From Gammaproteobacteria bacterium (GTDB lineage: Bacteria; Pseudomonadota; Gammaproteobacteria; Burkholderiales; Burkholderiaceae_B): a DNA stretch of 64,000 nucleotides. The position numbers were made by a program, and so were the translations under genes. Where the stretch lies: NCBI GenBank assembly GCA_018812945.1, contig JAHJCM010000007.1, forward strand, positions 11,539 through 75,538, in the 5' to 3' direction. The notes below the pieces were generated by a model, which made no database searches, was not told the DNA's origin, and saw only the letters and a list, made by a program, of their open reading frames with translations. Positions 19,045-28,052 of this stretch are shown one piece after another. Position 1 is the first letter of the stretch, and each line of letters starts with the position of its first letter.

Positions 19045-21420
19045 TTAGTCTTTAATGGCATTAACAGAGGCCGCACCCAGACCAATCTGGAAAAGAATTT
19101 GAGAGTAATCAAGCAAAGTTTTGGTGAGCGACACGCGTTCGAAGTCTTCAGGCACGTAAATGGCATCGCCTGGCAAGGCGCGCTTTCCGTAAAGGCCGCT
19201 AACAAACGGCACCCAACCTTGCTGCGCACTGTCTACTTTGCCGTTGGCGCGAATTACAAAAATTGAGCCCTTATCAGAGCTTTTCGCGGCACCGCCAGCC
19301 ATACCCAGGTAATCGAACACCGTATTGCCAGGTTCAAACGCATAGGCCCCTTGGCTGTACACAGAACCGAACACAACAATTTGCCCCGGCACGGCGGGAA
19401 TGGAAATAACATCGCCGTCGACCAGTTCCAGTGGCGGCATTTCAGCAATACTCATGGCATCAGGCTTTATATCAAGCACCACCCGGCCGTCGGGTTTTAA
19501 ATTGCGAAGCCGCTCCAGGTATACACGCTGAGTTTCCGCCTGCTTTTGCGCATTAACAGCATCGGCCGCAGAAATGGCTGAGGCGGCATTGCTGGATTGT
19601 GCCGACACCAGCATGCGTTCGGCCTGTTCCAGCGCTTTTTGTTTTTGAACTTCCTGCTCGGCCACAATGGCGCGGCGGGTAAGTTTGGTGCCAAAGAGGT
19701 AGGCGTCTTCAGCCAAGCCGCCTGCTTTCACAATCACGTCCCGGAGGGTTTCACCGGGTGCAATTTGGTAGTAGCCCGGGGCTTTCACTTCGCCGGTTAC
19801 CTTGATGAGTGCAGTGGTGCGGGACTGCGGTATGTCAGCATCGTTCGCGCTGAAAATGGTAACCACGTCGCCAGGCTGCAAAGCCAAGTTTTGGCTGGGG
19901 TCGCCGGCCATGGCTTTGCGCAAGTTAAACGGTATTAGGCGGGTTTGAAGCTCGGTGCGATCTAGCCGCTCAACCACAGCGTAATCCCAGTTAATTTGCG
20001 AAAGCAGGTTGGTAATGGTGTCTTCAACCACCTCAATTTGCTGCTCGCCTTTTTCTCCTTCGTCGGCCTTACTGGACACTTTATTGAATATTTTGGAATC
20101 GTCTAGCCCCAACTGGCTTTGCAGCTTGGGGTCGGTGACCGACTTTCGGGCTTCACCCTTGTTGAATTGAACCAGTGCGCCTTTCTTTTTAAAGTAGCTG
20201 TCTTGAATAAGCGCATCGGTGTTGGGTACCAAATCGGCAATGCGCATGCCCTCAAAGAAGGGATAGCGCGCTGCAGCGGCCACATTGCCTTTCAAGGTAA
20301 CAGCGTTGGCAAATTCGCGGCGGGTTTGGAACAGGGTAACAATGTCGCCGTCTTGCAGGGTGGCTTGGTTTAAGGCACGGGCGTAGCTAAGTTGCTCTAC
20401 TCCACGTGGAGCTTTGGGGTTGGCTGTGTTGAAACCTTCGATAAGTACCGTGTCTTGCCGAAGCAGGGTACGGTCTACTCCAGCAATTTCGAGTATGTCG
20501 TTTAAATTTTCACCCGGCTTCAGCTCAAAAATTGCAGCTGCCGGGCTGTCAATATTCAAGGCCACGCGTGCGCCAACCTGGCTTACAAAAACAACATCGC
20601 CAGCGCGCAATTTGCGGTCGCCATTGAGTTCACCTTTGCGCAACAAATCGTAAAGGTCGAAGGTAGCCACTGTTTCGCCGCCGCGCTTTAACTGCACATT
20701 GCGAAAGCTGCCGTTAATACCGGGCTGTGCCACGGAAAAAACTACGGAGGCCAGTGTGCTGGTGCTGCTTACGGTGTGCAGGCCGGGGGCTAATGCCTGG
20801 CCAGCCACATAAATACTGACGCCGCTTAACTTGCCCAGTGTGGCACTGAGGTTGAAGTTTTTGTAATACTTGCCAATTTCAGCGATTAAAAACTGGTCGA
20901 GGTTGCGGGCACGCACGCCAGCCACAGGAAAGGTGCCCACGGTGGGAATGGTCAATTGGCCGTCGCGATCAACAGTAGCGCTGTGGTTTACATCGATTGC
21001 GCCCCACACCCGCACCAGGATTTGATCGCCTGCGCTAATTTCATAGTCGGCCGACACCGGTGTATTGGTTTCGCCACCCACACTGAATTCTTTTTGCAGT
21101 GAACTGCTACCAAAGGGATACAACAGCTTGCCTGTGTTTTCAAAAACAAAGCGTTGAAACGGGCTTAAAGCGCGATCGGGCAACGATTTCGGTTTCTCGG
21201 CGGCAACTTTAGAACCGGGCTTGTCTTCAAGGCTGGCTGAGGAACCTTGAGCGGCGTTCAGGCCGCGCAGGCTGTTAGCACCTAAGCTGTTCAATCCGCT
21301 TGGGGCCTGTTGGGCTGCACTTTCGGCAAAGCCGCCGTTAGCACCAAAACCAGATGGCTGTTGCGCAAACACACTGCCTGCAAACAACAGGGTACCGAAA
21401 ACCAGAAAAGCACGATTCAT
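19045..21420 (-). CDS. Large multi-SLBB polysaccharide export protein (OtnA/KpsD-like OPX)
   Basis: Signal peptide, Poly_export motif YEISAGDQILVRVWG, and repeated beta-grasp units (V.GEVKAPG.Y, V.GSVYSQG). Start trimmed to MNRAF. Confidence 0.85.
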   Translation of the reverse strand: MNRAFLVFGTLLFAGSVFAQQPSGFGANGGFAESAAQQAPSGLNSLGANSLRGLNAAQGSSASLEDKPGSKVAAEKPKSLPDRALSPFQRFVFENTGKLLYPFGSSSLQKEFSVGGETNTPVSADYEISAGDQILVRVWGAIDVNHSATVDRDGQLTIPTVGTFPVAGVRARNLDQFLIAEIGKYYKNFNLSATLGKLSGVSIYVAGQALAPGLHTVSSTSTLASVVFSVAQPGINGSFRNVQLKRGGETVATFDLYDLLRKGELNGDRKLRAGDVVFVSQVGARVALNIDSPAAAIFELKPGENLNDILEIAGVDRTLLRQDTVLIEGFNTANPKAPRGVEQLSYARALNQATLQDGDIVTLFQTRREFANAVTLKGNVAAAARYPFFEGMRIADLVPNTDALIQDSYFKKKGALVQFNKGEARKSVTDPKLQSQLGLDDSKIFNKVSSKADEGEKGEQQIEVVEDTITNLLSQINWDYAVVERLDRTELQTRLIPFNLRKAMAGDPSQNLALQPGDVVTIFSANDADIPQSRTTALIKVTGEVKAPGYYQIAPGETLRDVIVKAGGLAEDAYLFGTKLTRRAIVAEQEVQKQKALEQAERMLVSAQSSNAASAISAADAVNAQKQAETQRVYLERLRNLKPDGRVVLDIKPDAMSIAEMPPLELVDGDVISIPAVPGQIVVFGSVYSQGAYAFEPGNTVFDYLGMAGGAAKSSDKGSIFVIRANGKVDSAQQGWVPFVSGLYGKRALPGDAIYVPEDFERVSLTKTLLDYSQILFQIGLGAASVNAIKD

Positions 21421-21479
21421 GCAAAAAAATTCCAAGGAACAAACAGCAAGATGTAAAAATGGGTTATGGCGTAGCAAAG

Positions 21480-22613
21480 CTACAGGGCCAAGCGCACGGG
21501 CTTTCGAAAGAATACACCCATGCGAACCATGCGGCGGTAGGCGCGTTGATAAACAAAAAAACTAAGTGCCAGCCAGGCCAACACCATGACCAGGCTTTGG
21601 GGCCAGAAAATGGCCCCCAGCATGGGCACCGCTGCATACAACCACATAAATGGCGATGTAAGCGCATTGCGCTGCCATGCTGGTGCATTGGGAATTAGTT
21701 TGCGAGACACCACGCGGCGGTACACCAGGCTGTGCAGATGAGAGGCATCGGGCGTACCGGGGTTGCGCCTGCACTTGCGGCTAAGCCTGCGGTACACACT
21801 GAACAAGGTTTCGATAATGGGGTAGCCACACACCAGCAGCATGGCCCAGGGGCTTACAGCGCCGGGGTTGCGAATGGTAAGTGCCACAGCCAGCGCGGCC
21901 ACCAGGTAACCCAGGCAGTAGGCGCCTGCGTCGCCAAGAAAAATAAGGCCTTTGGGGAAGTTTAACAACATGAAGCCCAGCACCACGGCCACGCCGCACA
22001 ATGCGATGTTGAGAACCACGAAATCGTCAACCCGCCAGGCGATGGCCGCGAGGGTAAGCAACATGAGCACCACTACGCCACTGGCCAAGCCATTGAAACC
22101 ATCAATGATGTTAACGCTGTTGGCAATGCCGGAAATTGCGAAAGCGGTGAACAGCAGGCCTACTGGTGCCCAGGCCAAGAGATAATCAACGCCGGGCAGG
22201 TTTACGCCGCTAATCCAATACCCGCTAAGCAGGGCGAAGGCCAGGCCGCTTAGAGCCGTGGCCAGCAGGCGGGCCTTGACTGATACTTTTTTGGTGATGT
22301 CCTCCAGCAGGCCCGCAACAAAGGCAGGCATACCACCCAACAAAACAAAGCCAAGTAATTCACGCGTTTCCTGACCTTGCTGAGTGTTGTCCGGCAGGGC
22401 TAGCCAAGTTGCCAAAGCGCCAGACAGCAAAGCCACACCCCCAATGCGAGGCGTGGGCATGGTGTGAAACTTTTGAATGCCTTTGGCTTGATCCATGCTG
22501 AATGCACCGTGCCATTGCTTGGTGCACACCAGAAAGGTGGCTGTTGAAAACGCCGCCACAAGGCCGGACAGGATAGCCAACCAATAGATTGGGTTCACCT
22601 CGATGGTTTGCAT
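21480..22613 (-). CDS. MraY/WecA-family undecaprenyl-phosphate HexNAc-1-phosphate transferase, copy 1
   Basis: PTPRIGG, NSVNIIDGFNGLA, FLGDAGAY, PD..HLH motifs. Multiple TM segments. Confidence 0.9.
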   Translation of the reverse strand: MQTIEVNPIYWLAILSGLVAAFSTATFLVCTKQWHGAFSMDQAKGIQKFHTMPTPRIGGVALLSGALATWLALPDNTQQGQETRELLGFVLLGGMPAFVAGLLEDITKKVSVKARLLATALSGLAFALLSGYWISGVNLPGVDYLLAWAPVGLLFTAFAISGIANSVNIIDGFNGLASGVVVLMLLTLAAIAWRVDDFVVLNIALCGVAVVLGFMLLNFPKGLIFLGDAGAYCLGYLVAALAVALTIRNPGAVSPWAMLLVCGYPIIETLFSVYRRLSRKCRRNPGTPDASHLHSLVYRRVVSRKLIPNAPAWQRNALTSPFMWLYAAVPMLGAIFWPQSLVMVLAWLALSFFVYQRAYRRMVRMGVFFRKPVRLAL

Positions 22614-22862
22614 GATGCTCCCGAATGTGTTGCTGTGCCGCTTTAGAAAGAGCGTGCAAATAAATAATTAATAAAGTAGACAACCACAGCAGCCCGTTAA
22701 CTTGTTAAGCCTACTGGGTGGCACATTGTGCCCCCGCAGCATGGCAGTTTTATTACTGTCACAGGAGTGAAAGTATATCACCTCAACTTTGCTTCTGAAC
22801 AATGGTAAAAATGCTCTAGAGCCTTTACTACTCGGGCTTTGTGTTACTGGATGCAAACATTA

Positions 22863-22881
22863 CCCCCTTCAAATGAGGGGG
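22863..22881 (-). terminator. Possible terminator hairpin after the 506-aa lipoprotein gene
   Basis: CCCCCT-TCAAATG-AGGGGG. The U-tract is weak. Confidence 0.4.
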
Positions 22882-22899
22882 AATGCATTGGCCAACAAG

Positions 22900-24420
22900 T
22901 TAAGGTGCCGCAGTTGCCGTTTCGGCTTGCTTAAAACCTGCGCTGCTTTCATCGAGCGATTCAGTCAATGACAACAAGCGATAAATGGAGATGCTTGCGT
23001 CTGTCTCGCTCAGAATACGTCGGGTATCGTTCAAGTCGCTAGCAGACACATTCAGGCTTTCACCCTCGACAACAATTCCACCGCCCGCAGTTGCGGCTGT
23101 GGTGTTGGCCAAAATAGAACCCAATTGCAGGCTACTACCACTGAAAGTGTAATTGGCGTACACAACACCATTTTGCTCATCACCATTGTTGGCGCTTGCA
23201 TCAAGATCGGTCACGATAATCATCAAGCGGCTACTGCTTAAAAAGTGATAGGCAATGGTGCGGGTTGCACGCATAAAGCTGTGCCTGCCGTTAGTGGGGT
23301 TGGGGGCCCCGGTGGCCAGAGAGTTTTCAGAGCTAAGGTCTTCGATCCACGTACCGACCAGTGTATTTTTCTGATTGCTGAAGCGGGTATAAACCAGGTT
23401 GCCGTCTGCAAATTGAACTACAAGTTCATCGCCATTGAGCAACAAGGGGCGGTTGTAGATATCCTCATTGGGATCGGTAGAACCTGCCGCAGAACCCGTC
23501 GCATTTGCACGCAGCAAACGATTGTCATTGGGGTTGCGTACCAGGAACTTGCCAATATTGGGGTCGCTGGTCACGGGTGAATCTGAGCGAACGTACACCA
23601 CCCGCCCAATTCTCGCATCAGCCGATACGTTGCCCACTGAATCGTAATCGCCACCCACGAACCGGTTGATCAAAGTACGACCGTCCGATGGTGTAGTGCA
23701 ATCGGAGGTACAGCCGCGGTCGAAGCTAAGCACGCTGGTGAAGGAGTCCAGGCTTGCAGGTTCAACCGGACCACTTGTGGGTTCAAAGCGAGCCAGCAAC
23801 CAGGTTCCTGCCAATTCATTGCGATAAAAGCGCTCAAGCGCATCATCGGGATTGGCGACTGTGGGTGGGGTATTGTCATCGCGAATAGTATTATTTCCTG
23901 CGTTGGCGGTTTGCAGGTCTTGCTGGAAATCAGCTGGCGCTTGGGCACACACAGTGATCAGGTTTTCCGTGCTTACGCCCTCGATTGCCGCATTCTCCCG
24001 CAATGTAATAACACCATTGTTGGGGTCGCCGTCTGCATCCACGGTTTGGAACAAAACCGCGATGTTGGCCACTGCATTGGTGCGAGAAGCTTCATCGTTT
24101 GGAAACAGGCTTTCAGCAATGACCGCGGGTGTAATGCGGTTTGCGGCTTCAACAGAAATTTCGACACCCGCAACATTGAAGGTAACCATTTCGCCAGTTT
24201 GAAATTGGAAGGATCCATCTGCACCAGTAACGCCATTTGGATTGCTGGGTGTTGAGTAAGGTACGCCGACCATGGGGTCGTCGGTAAGAACACCTGTGGC
24301 CATGGTTGGCGTGGTAGTGCCGCCGCCGGAAGCGGGTGCGGCGGAGCCACCATCACCACCGCCGCAAGCGGAGAGCCCGGCAAACGCCAATACAACAGTA
24401 AAAAATTTAATTGATTTCAT
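22900..24420 (-). CDS. Uncharacterised surface lipoprotein (506 aa)
   Basis: Lipobox LSAC followed by a Gly-rich tether. N-terminal domain GVTGADGSFQF.TGE.VTF and QTVDADGDPNNG (possible Ca-binding), then beta-rich repeats. Confidence 0.75.
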   Translation of the reverse strand: MKSIKFFTVVLAFAGLSACGGGDGGSAAPASGGGTTTPTMATGVLTDDPMVGVPYSTPSNPNGVTGADGSFQFQTGEMVTFNVAGVEISVEAANRITPAVIAESLFPNDEASRTNAVANIAVLFQTVDADGDPNNGVITLRENAAIEGVSTENLITVCAQAPADFQQDLQTANAGNNTIRDDNTPPTVANPDDALERFYRNELAGTWLLARFEPTSGPVEPASLDSFTSVLSFDRGCTSDCTTPSDGRTLINRFVGGDYDSVGNVSADARIGRVVYVRSDSPVTSDPNIGKFLVRNPNDNRLLRANATGSAAGSTDPNEDIYNRPLLLNGDELVVQFADGNLVYTRFSNQKNTLVGTWIEDLSSENSLATGAPNPTNGRHSFMRATRTIAYHFLSSSRLMIIVTDLDASANNGDEQNGVVYANYTFSGSSLQLGSILANTTAATAGGGIVVEGESLNVSASDLNDTRRILSETDASISIYRLLSLTESLDESSAGFKQAETATAAP

Positions 24421-24528
24421 TTAAGCGCGCTCCACTCGAATGTAGAAGTTGATTTACCGCAATGGAGTTGTAGAGCAAGAAACAAAATACAGATAGTGAG
24501 GAATTGCTTACTGGGCTGAGATGAGCTT

Positions 24529-24562
24529 TTGCGTGTTACTTGCGAGTTACGTTGGAAGTGAC
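24529..24562 (-). promoter_or_regulatory. 11-bp tandem direct repeat upstream of the lipoprotein gene (candidate OmpR/PhoB-family site)
   Basis: TTGCGTGTTAC (24529-24539), TTGCGAGTTAC (24540-24550) and degenerate TTGGAAGTGAC (24552-24562). Confidence 0.45.
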
Positions 24563-24618
24563 GGTTGGCGACGATATGAGTATTTTTTAGAATTTTTTCT
24601 TGTAGCGATAATGATTAA

Positions 24619-24645
24619 TACACCCCGCATTTTGGTGGGGGTGTA
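24619..24645 (-). terminator. Hairpin downstream of hipA-like gene 1
   Basis: TACACCCC...GGGGTGTA stem. Confidence 0.5.
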
Positions 24646-24679
24646 CCAAAAAGGTGAGCGCTGCCCAGAATTAAAGGGC

Positions 24680-25969
24680 TCAACCTAACAACCCTTTGTT
24701 CGCTTTGCGTGTTGCTTCAAGCTCTTTCTGTATCAATGCGCTTGTTTGCTGGCTTAAACCTACCGCCTTGGCCAAGGTTTCAAACTGAGCAAGGGCATGA
24801 ACGGTGTGTTCAACAATTTGCCGTGCTTCACCCCAATTTGCAAAACCTGCCGCAGCTGCCAAGCCCTGCATCGCCTTTAGTGGCGGCGCTTTTCCAAAAC
24901 CTGCAAATGCGGTGCTGTGCTCGCCATGGGGGTGGGGGCTAAAGGTGACGTCGTAAAAAGGTGCAGGCTGCCACTGGCCTTGGTCGTTCTGCAAAAACGC
25001 CCAGTTTTTGCTGTGGTCGTCTTGATTGCATGCCAGCAAATTGAATACTGCGCGCCGAAATTGAAGCTGAGCTGCAGCAGGCGATTTACATAAGCGCCGG
25101 GTTGCCGAAATTAGCGTTTGATAATCCAGGCTGGGCAAGCGATAGTCTGCACCCAACAGGCCACAAGCACTGTGCATGTGCAAGCGGCCGGCCAGGCCCG
25201 CTTGATTGGAAACCCAGTCAAAACGCTTTAAAGCCAGCCAAGGGTACTCACGATTGGCATGGCCAGGTTGAACCAGAGTGTGTTGCGGCGGTTCAAGCTG
25301 AAGTTGCTCGGCAAGCTGCAAGTACACCGCTTCGCAAACACCTTCCTCGTGGCCCAAGGGCAAACTTGCGGAAGTAAATTTAACCAACCAGGCTTCATCG
25401 CCCGCCCTGGGTGCCGTGCTGCAGTTGGCCCAGTTGCCGGGTTGCGCATATATCAAGGCCTTGGGCCTTGCACCACCCGAATTTCCGCTGACCACCAAGG
25501 CTTGCAGCACCTCACCGGTTTGCCCCTCGAACACGGCTTGGGCTTGTTGGCCCAATTCGCAAAGGTCAACATTGCCCTGCGTTATAGCTGCATATTGTGA
25601 ATTGGGGGCGTACGCCAAGGCACCCACTGCACCCTGCCCCACAAAGGCCAGGCGGTCCATTTGCGTCAGCAGGTTGGGCAGTATGCCGTGCTGGCGAAAT
25701 ACGCGGTCTTGAAGTAGCAGCCCCCAGCCATCGGGCAGGCTATCTGCAAACACACCATGCAGGCCTTGGTGGGGGCCTGCTGGGGCTTGCTGAAGGGCCA
25801 ATGTGTTATTCAGCGCGTAAGGCGACAAATTGCCGAAACGACCCAGGTAATGGTCATGGTACTGAAAGTAAACACCTTGCCTGTTTTGCGCCAGCGTGCC
25901 CACTTCTACTTGCTGGCCAGTTGACAGGGTGCGGCTTACATTCAGTTTTTGGATGGGTTTAAAACTCAT
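24680..25969 (-). CDS. HipA-family kinase toxin (SGGARPK subtype)
   Basis: HipA N-terminal domain (HGVFADSLPDGWG), GNSGGARPK, DDHSKNWAFL, PFYDV. Confidence 0.9.
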   Translation of the reverse strand: MSFKPIQKLNVSRTLSTGQQVEVGTLAQNRQGVYFQYHDHYLGRFGNLSPYALNNTLALQQAPAGPHQGLHGVFADSLPDGWGLLLQDRVFRQHGILPNLLTQMDRLAFVGQGAVGALAYAPNSQYAAITQGNVDLCELGQQAQAVFEGQTGEVLQALVVSGNSGGARPKALIYAQPGNWANCSTAPRAGDEAWLVKFTSASLPLGHEEGVCEAVYLQLAEQLQLEPPQHTLVQPGHANREYPWLALKRFDWVSNQAGLAGRLHMHSACGLLGADYRLPSLDYQTLISATRRLCKSPAAAQLQFRRAVFNLLACNQDDHSKNWAFLQNDQGQWQPAPFYDVTFSPHPHGEHSTAFAGFGKAPPLKAMQGLAAAAGFANWGEARQIVEHTVHALAQFETLAKAVGLSQQTSALIQKELEATRKANKGLLG

Positions 25970-26252
25970 CGGCCAGCACCTGTTCGATGGTTGTTGGGTG
26001 GGCTAAGGTGTTGTTGTGCCGCTGGTTAAGCAGCATAGCCAGGCGGTCTATGTTGTCCAGGCACTCCCAAAGCAGCAAAAACTGGCGTAGCGATATTTGG
26101 CCGGTGGTTTCAAACTTTTTGATGGTGGGCGCTGGCACAGTGCTGATTTTTTCCAATGCCTGACGAGACAGCTTTTGCTGCTTGCGCAGCCGCTGAAGGT
26201 GCTGGGCCAGCTGATTTTGCAGGTAGGTTTCAGTAGACAAACTGATATTCAT
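25959..26252 (-). CDS. XRE-family HTH antitoxin (HipB-like)
   Basis: RLRKQQKLSRQAL...PTIKKFETTGQISL HTH. Overlaps the hipA start by 11 nt. Confidence 0.85.
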   Translation of the reverse strand: MNISLSTETYLQNQLAQHLQRLRKQQKLSRQALEKISTVPAPTIKKFETTGQISLRQFLLLWECLDNIDRLAMLLNQRHNNTLAHPTTIEQVLADEF

Positions 26253-26254
26253 TT

Positions 26255-26312
26255 TAGATACAATAATATCCATTAATGCCAATTATAACATTTTAGGATA
26301 TTATTGTATCTA
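26255..26312. promoter_or_regulatory. Perfect 17-bp inverted repeat, probable antitoxin operator pair
   Basis: TAGATACAATAATATCC (26255-26271) and GGATATTATTGTATCTA (26296-26312), 24-nt spacer, immediately upstream of the antitoxin ATG. Confidence 0.8.
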
Positions 26313-26337
26313 TTTTCTAGGGTGGTATAAGTGCGTT

Positions 26338-27450
26338 TTAGTGGGCACGCCTGCGAAAGAAAATACCCAACACCAGCATGCGGCGGTACAAGCGCACATA
26401 AGCCACTACGCTGAAGGCCAGCCATGCCAACACCATGCCCAGGCTTTCTGGCCAGAACACGGCGCCCAGCATGGGCACTGCGGCGTAAATCCACATAAGC
26501 GGTGAAGTAGCAGCATTGCGCTGCCAGGCAGGCGCGTAAGGCAACAACTTGCGGCTGACTACGCGGCGGTACACAAGGCTGTGCAGGTGGCTGGCATCGG
26601 GAGTGCCAGGGTTGTGCCTGCGTTTGCGGGTGGTGCGGCGGTACACGCTAAAAAGCGTTTCAATAACCGGGTAACCACACACCAACAGCATGGCCCATGG
26701 GCTTACGTCGATGGGGTTGCGCATGGCCAGCATTACAGCCAGCATGGCCACGTAGTAGCCAAGGAAGTAGGCCCCAGCATCGCCCAAGAACAAGTGGCCC
26801 TTGGGGTAATTGATGAACAAAAAACCGAAGGTAACCGACACGCCCAGCAGGGCCAGTTGAATGATGACAAAGTCGTCGACCCGCCAGGCAATGGTGGCCA
26901 GCGTAAGCAGCATAAGCACCACCACGCCACCGGCCAAGCCGTTAAACCCATCCACAATATTCACACTGTTGGCAATGCCACCCACTGCAAAGGCAGTGAA
27001 GATGAGGCCGATTGGGGCCAGCGCCAGCAAGGTGTCCACGCCCGGCACATTCACAAAACTGACCCAGTAACCAGTCAGCAAGGCTGCGATTAAACCGCTG
27101 GCAATAGTGGCTAGCAGGCGGGCTTTCACGCTAACGCGCTTGGTAACGTCTTCAGCCAGGCCAAAAGCAAAGGCCGGCAAAGCACCCAGCAACAGCAGGC
27201 CCAACAGGTGCTGGCGGTTGCTGCCCACCGGCAGGAAAGACCAGGCCGCAATTAAACCCACGGCCAGCGCGATACCGCCGATGCGGGGCGTTGGAATGGT
27301 GTGAAACTTTTGAATGCCCTGGGGGGCATCGAGTGTAAGGCGGCCATGCCACTTTTTAGTTAACACAATAAACAAGGCCACAAGAAAGCTACATAACAGC
27401 CCTACCATGGCCGAGGGCCAGTTCAGGCTTAGCGCCGCTGCTGTTTGCAT
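26338..27450 (-). CDS. MraY/WecA-family transferase, copy 2 (paralogue of 21480-22613)
   Basis: Same motifs as copy 1. Shares the RBS/start context GGAGCATCATGCAAA with copy 1. Confidence 0.9.
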   Translation of the reverse strand: MQTAAALSLNWPSAMVGLLCSFLVALFIVLTKKWHGRLTLDAPQGIQKFHTIPTPRIGGIALAVGLIAAWSFLPVGSNRQHLLGLLLLGALPAFAFGLAEDVTKRVSVKARLLATIASGLIAALLTGYWVSFVNVPGVDTLLALAPIGLIFTAFAVGGIANSVNIVDGFNGLAGGVVVLMLLTLATIAWRVDDFVIIQLALLGVSVTFGFLFINYPKGHLFLGDAGAYFLGYYVAMLAVMLAMRNPIDVSPWAMLLVCGYPVIETLFSVYRRTTRKRRHNPGTPDASHLHSLVYRRVVSRKLLPYAPAWQRNAATSPLMWIYAAVPMLGAVFWPESLGMVLAWLAFSVVAYVRLYRRMLVLGIFFRRRAH

Positions 27451-27472
27451 GATGCTCCACACACATGAAACA

Positions 27473-27494
27473 GTGCTTGCGGGCGGGCAAGCAC
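27473..27494 (-). terminator. Perfect 8-bp stem hairpin in the leader of wecA copy 2
   Basis: GTGCTTGC-GGGCGG-GCAAGCAC, followed on the minus strand by TGTTTC. Confidence 0.45.
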
Positions 27495-27734
27495 ATTGTT
27501 TTATTTAAGTTATTAAAAATGCCCGAAACGGCAAATTGCTACAGGTAATATTTCGTAATTATTGCACCTGCTTCATGGCAGATGTGTGACACGGCACTCT
27601 TAGCGAGAGTATACGCCTGCCTTTGTTACACGTGTTACAGCCTTTTGGATTCAGCCTAAGGCGATTAAATGCTAACGGACGAGTGGAGAATTGGTTGGCA
27701 GGAATTAATTGAATACCGCCACCGCATTGGCTTT

Positions 27735-28052
27735 CTAATAACCCTGAAACAAAAAGTCGAGGGCTGAAATGATCTTGACCTGTTCATCTACCAACGACAC
27801 GACAGGTGTTTTCAGTACGCGTTTGGGTACTGCGCCCATTTTGGGCACTTCAAGCAAATACTCTTTCCCCATTATGGTGAGCAAAGGGGTAAGCCTTGTG
27901 GGCAACTTGACGTTGGGGAAGTTATCCATGCTGCGCAAAGGAATAACCATTCGACTGTCCAGGCTATCGAATAAATCTGCCTGAACGTCCAATAAATACG
28001 GAGTGGCCAGCTTGTGGTTACCGGGGTTGGAGTACACATCAAAACGCGCCAC
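27735..28052 (-). CDS. ccdB: CcdB-family toxin
   Basis: ARFDVY.N, YLLDVQADL, RMVIPL, RLTP and C-terminal ALDFLFQGY. GTG start overlaps the ccdA stop (TAGTG). Confidence 0.85.
   Translation of the reverse strand: MARFDVYSNPGNHKLATPYLLDVQADLFDSLDSRMVIPLRSMDNFPNVKLPTRLTPLLTIMGKEYLLEVPKMGAVPKRVLKTPVVSLVDEQVKIISALDFLFQGY

Noticed and set aside
27714-27737. JUMPstart/ops-like sequence (minus strand AAAGCCAATGCGGTGGCGGTATTC), also GGTAGCG upstream of gfcA near 17735
   Set aside because: Neither matches GGCGGTAG fully, and no RfaH-like gene is in the window.
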